IMG/VR virus record: IMGVR_UViG_3300035180_003568
Length of the DNA stretch: 20,000 bases
Strand: one strand, 5' to 3'
Source: an uncultured virus (IMG/VR IMGVR_UViG_3300035180_003568)
Lineage: Duplodnaviria > Heunggongvirae > Uroviricota > Caudoviricetes
Shown: in pieces, positions 17,228-20,000 of the stretch
How the letters are laid out: the number at the start of each line of letters is the position of its first letter
How positions within the stretch are numbered: the first letter of the stretch is position 1
Made by a program: the position numbers and the translations under genes
Notes under the pieces: model-generated
Databases searched by the model: none
What the model saw: only the letters and a program-made list of their open reading frames with translations
Told to the model about the DNA's origin: nothing

Positions 17228-17623
17228 TCATTGGTGTAAAATGATTACATCGGAATTTGTAATTGCATCAAGAGTCTCAAAAACTCTTCTATCCTCTTCC
17301 TCTTGAATGTCTTTTATTGCCAGCAACTTCATTTTCTTGAAAAGAAAGCGCTTCGCCCGCTTAACTAAAGATTCTGGTTTTCTTTTTCGCGGAGGCTTTG
17401 GGTGACATTTAGTGCAAAGAAACTCTAAATTGATTTGCCTATTATTAAGACGATTACCATTAATATGGTGGATATGAATACAATAAGTTATCTTGCATTA
17501 TGCGCAAGATTTAGCAATACCAGATTCAATCATCGCCCTACGTAAGCATGACGGATTTTCTAATTTGCCAGATAATCTATTGAATAGTAATATTTCTTTC
17601 CAATGAATCTTACTCTTCTTCAT
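17228..17623 (-). pseudogene. HNH endonuclease with in-frame TAA
   Basis: MKKSKIHWKEILL...LRRAMIESGIAKSCA*CKITYCIHIHHINGNRLNNRQINLEFLCTKCH...; TAA at 17500-17498 inside the CxxC. Confidence 0.85.
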
Positions 17624-17624
17624 A

Positions 17625-17708
17625 TGGTGTCAGAGGAGGGACTTGAACCCTCACGCCTCGCGGCACTGGCTTCTTAGACCAGCGTGGCTGCCATTACACC
17701 ACCCTGAC
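17625..17708 (-). tRNA. tRNA-Leu(AAG)
   Basis: CTGGT-CTAAGAA-GCCAG, long variable arm, A73, CCA. Confidence 0.9.
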
Positions 17709-17710
17709 AT

Positions 17711-17795
17711 AAACAATTGAGAATGAAAAGTCTTTACTCTTTTATTCCTAGCCTATCCGGGTGTAAAGATGAACCCTTTAGACTACTGATTGTTT
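17711..17795 (-). ncRNA. Candidate structured spacer RNA (copy B): three-way junction with kissing loops
   Basis: AAACAAT/ATTGTTT, TAGTCTA/TAGGCTA, GGGT/ACCC, GAAT-AAAAG/CTTTT-c-ATTC; loop segments TCTTTAC and GTAAAGA are complementary. Confidence 0.5.
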
Positions 17796-17882
17796 TGGTA
17801 CCAATGGTGGGACTCGAACCCACACGGGATTACTCCCAACAGCTTCTGAGGCTGCCGCGTCTACCATTTCCGCCACACTGGC
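17796..17882 (-). tRNA. tRNA-Leu(CAG)
   Basis: Canonical class II cloverleaf, CTCAGAA loop, ACCA. Confidence 0.93.
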
Positions 17883-17885
17883 ATT

Positions 17886-17963
17886 TGGCACTCGGAAAGG
17901 GTTCCGAACCCTTAAACCACAGATTCTAAGTCTGTGAGGTATGCCAATTCCCATCACCCGAGC
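17886..17963 (-). tRNA. tRNA with TAG (Leu) anticodon, short variable loop, G73
   Basis: ACAGA-CTTAGAA-TCTGT, 5-nt variable loop, AAGGG-TTCGGAA-CCCTT, GCCA. Confidence 0.85.
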
Positions 17964-17997
17964 ACGATACTCTGATTATATCAGAATATCACCAACC

Positions 17998-18174
17998 TTA
18001 CTTGTTGATTTCCTTCATAATTTGCTTTAGAGTAACAATCTTATCAGTAATTGTCCATAAAATACGCATAGTTACTTTTGACCAGGCATCAATAAGATCC
18101 TGAACATATAAGGAAAGCTGCTCAACTGCCTCAACTTTTTTCTCTGCCGCCAAAGCTCTTTGCTCCATTTCCAT
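17998..18174 (-). CDS. Small coiled-coil hypothetical protein (5' end possibly frameshifted)
   Basis: MEMEQRALAAEKKVEAVEQLSLYVQDLIDAWSKV...; frame open upstream to SKEDLIKRA, with an out-of-frame ATG just before. Confidence 0.55.
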   Translation of the reverse strand: MEMEQRALAAEKKVEAVEQLSLYVQDLIDAWSKVTMRILWTITDKIVTLKQIMKEINK

Positions 18175-18227
18175 GGCGCGTTTAATGAGATCTTCTTTAC
18201 TTTACCATTTGGTAATTTGTTAATACC

Positions 18228-18695
18228 TCATAATATCTTATGATTGTAATTCAAAAAATTATCGTAAAAGCTATAGCTGGTGAAATCCCATGGAGCAATG
18301 CATAGCCGATCGCCAGACGTTTTACGTCTTGCCAATCTAATTAATTGCGTACCAATTCCGAGTCGCCTATATTTGGGATCAATATAGATTTCAAATAGAG
18401 CGCCATCTCCTTCCTTAAAGGAAATGCCGCGAGGGAAAAAGTATTGTGAAGTTTCTCTGCTTAATAAAGCCCACCCAACCAAATCATCATTAATAAAAGC
18501 CGTTAAAACATGAGCTCTAACCGTTTTGTTTTGCTTGATTATATTTTGTAGGTTATCTAGCTCCTTATTCAAGCCCGAGTAAGGATAAAGAGTTAACTCT
18601 CTTAATTTTTGAAGAAGGCGCGGCTTCTTCACCACCAAGTTAAAGTCGAAGCTGCGGAGTGTCAAGCCCTTCAAATTTTCTTTTTTCGCGACCAT
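18228..18695 (-). CDS. GNAT-family acetyltransferase (true start possibly GTG near 18635)
   Basis: LVGWAL and IYIDPKYRRLGIGTQLI acetyl-CoA motif A. Confidence 0.85.
   Translation of the reverse strand: MVAKKENLKGLTLRSFDFNLVVKKPRLLQKLRELTLYPYSGLNKELDNLQNIIKQNKTVRAHVLTAFINDDLVGWALLSRETSQYFFPRGISFKEGDGALFEIYIDPKYRRLGIGTQLIRLARRKTSGDRLCIAPWDFTSYSFYDNFLNYNHKIL
18637..18669 (-). promoter_or_regulatory. Sigma70-like promoter
   Basis: GGGC-TTGACA-N17-TAACTT after an A-rich tract; lies inside the 5' end of the annotated GNAT ORF. Confidence 0.5.
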
Positions 18696-18704
18696 TTTTT
18701 TAAT

Positions 18705-19187
18705 TTAGACCTCAATCAAGTATTCTAATTTTTGCTGATTATGATTGTAAATAACGTGTTCGTGATCAGAAAAAATCTGAATAACCTCCAGGGACACCAA
18801 ACTATCATATCCGGGCGGGGTGAAGTTAACCCACAAGTAATCTTCTTATACTCTTTTATCTTGCCAAGAGCCGCAGAAGCCGCGGTAATAAAGCCGTGAG
18901 CGCCCCAGCCGGCTCCGGCATAACCGAATGCCGTATCTACTTCGCTTCCAAAGTAAATGCCATGATCCAGCCACCCCGCATCTGTTCTTGTTACGCCCCT
19001 CTTAACAACAAGCTAACGCAAGTTTTGTCTTGTGCAGATGCTAGTCTTTCATTATTGAATGAGATAACGTGTCAGCAGAAATATCTACCATAGTAAACTC
19101 TCTGCCTACCAAATCTGCAAGACCAGGAAATCTACTCTTAACAACTGATCTAGTAATTCTACGATACTTGATTTTTAGAGTTCTCAT
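18705..19187 (-). pseudogene. PARP-family ADP-ribosyltransferase pseudogene (vault PARP/PARP4-like catalytic domain)
   Basis: LVVKRGVTRTDAGWLDHGIYFGSEVDTAFGY...AALGKIKEYKKIT.GLTSP/PPGYDS/GVPGGYSDF/SDHEHVIYNHNQQKLEYLIEV* across three shifts; ATG at 19187 coupled to the upstream TGA. Confidence 0.85.
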
Positions 19188-19786
19188 CTAAGCTCCTCTT
19201 TAATATCAGTAGCGGTAGATAACAACTGTGCAGTATCATACGAGGCATCATCTAACCTTTTCAGGAAATCTAATAATTTTCTAGACCCCGTATCAGAATG
19301 CGTCTGATAAATAAGCGCTAATAACTCGCCTGCCTTTTCTGGCGCAGAAATTATAGAATCAATAAGGAACAATAATACGGAGTGTTCTGCATGATCCCAT
19401 TTTTTAATGGTAACTTCTTTTAATGGAATAATGTTTTTTTCATCCGGATTATGCCATGCTCCACAAGCACATGGACCAGCTTCCACATCACACTCTACCC
19501 CGCCATTCTTACGAGGTAAAGCGCGATTATGTTCTAAAACTTCCTCATTCTCAATCATGTTAATGAATTGTTGACGCAACTCGCCATACTCATTATTACG
19601 TTGAAGATAAAAAATGCCTACAAACTGGTTATTTAGCACGCCTAACTCTTCACACTTTACTTTCACTTTGCCATGAATTAAAGCATTAATGTTGGATGCA
19701 AACTTAGCAATCTCATCTTCTCCATCAAAAAGCAAAACGATTGGTAAGTTTACTAATATTTCTTTAGGTTTTACTTTCATAATCAT
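19184..19786 (-). CDS. Hypothetical protein with central CDVEAGPCACGAWH motif
   Basis: 200-aa ORF, GGAG SD, ATGA coupling. Confidence 0.8.
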   Translation of the reverse strand: MIMKVKPKEILVNLPIVLLFDGEDEIAKFASNINALIHGKVKVKCEELGVLNNQFVGIFYLQRNNEYGELRQQFINMIENEEVLEHNRALPRKNGGVECDVEAGPCACGAWHNPDEKNIIPLKEVTIKKWDHAEHSVLLFLIDSIISAPEKAGELLALIYQTHSDTGSRKLLDFLKRLDDASYDTAQLLSTATDIKEELR

Positions 19787-19977
19787 ATCTCCACAATATG
19801 CTGTGTAATTGCGGCATTAGACACTAAAACACCATTTCTAACAGATATCCCGTGCGCCTCATGACAATGACCGCACAAATAATGTGTGGGCATCTTCTCT
19901 TTTTCGATCTGATAATCCAGCGCATTATTCATTACCGAATTGCCAATTAACTGGTTTCCAATCGTTAAATCAAGCAT
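19783..19977 (-). CDS. Hypothetical protein with CxxC, 64 aa
   Basis: ORF track; coupled to the next gene. Confidence 0.6.
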   Translation of the reverse strand: MLDLTIGNQLIGNSVMNNALDYQIEKEKMPTHYLCGHCHEAHGISVRNGVLVSNAAITQHIVEI

Positions 19978-19983
19978 TTGATA

Positions 19984-20000
19984 TGGTGGGCAATGGCAAA
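19984..20000 (-). tRNA. Possible 3' end of a further tRNA (truncated by the window)
   Basis: Minus strand reads ...TTTGCC-ATTGCCC-A-CCA, same pattern as other tRNA ends; only 17 nt visible. Confidence 0.3.

Noticed and set aside
18896..19093. Plus-strand 65-aa ORF
   Set aside because: Antisense to the PARP remnant
1..20000. CRISPR array, integrase/att site, group I/II intron or intein
   Set aside because: No regularly spaced repeats other than tRNA T-arm similarity, and no intron or intein signatures recognised

Overview
AT-rich, densely packed, almost entirely minus-strand segment that looks like part of a large (jumbo-type) bacteriophage genome. It carries rIIA/rIIB, a MoxR-type AAA ATPase plus a DUF2201/VWA partner, an A-type Fe-S carrier (IscA/HesB), a YcgL/RlaP-type nucleotidyltransferase, translation initiation factor IF-3, HNH endonucleases, DUF3307/DUF4326/GNAT genes and a cluster of 9 tRNA genes plus one tRNA pseudogene, all with encoded CCA. 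Manual reading adds things the ORF track misses. (i) Several decayed genes lie among intact long ORFs: a eukaryote vault-PARP-like ADP-ribosyltransferase, a purA 3' remnant joined head-to-head to a NUMOD3/HTH endonuclease remnant, an HNH with an ochre stop, and others. (ii) The tRNA region is unusual: two tRNA-Arg have no connector between the acceptor and D stems and a 7-bp anticodon stem; one Arg(ACG) has a long variable arm; Leu(UAG) lacks one; Leu(AAG) is present. Three ORFs start 0-1 nt after a tRNA CCA, and two related structured RNAs with loop-loop pairing fill tRNA spacers. (iii) A ~280-nt structured RNA candidate follows infC. Family calls are from motif recognition only; no searches or folding programs were run.
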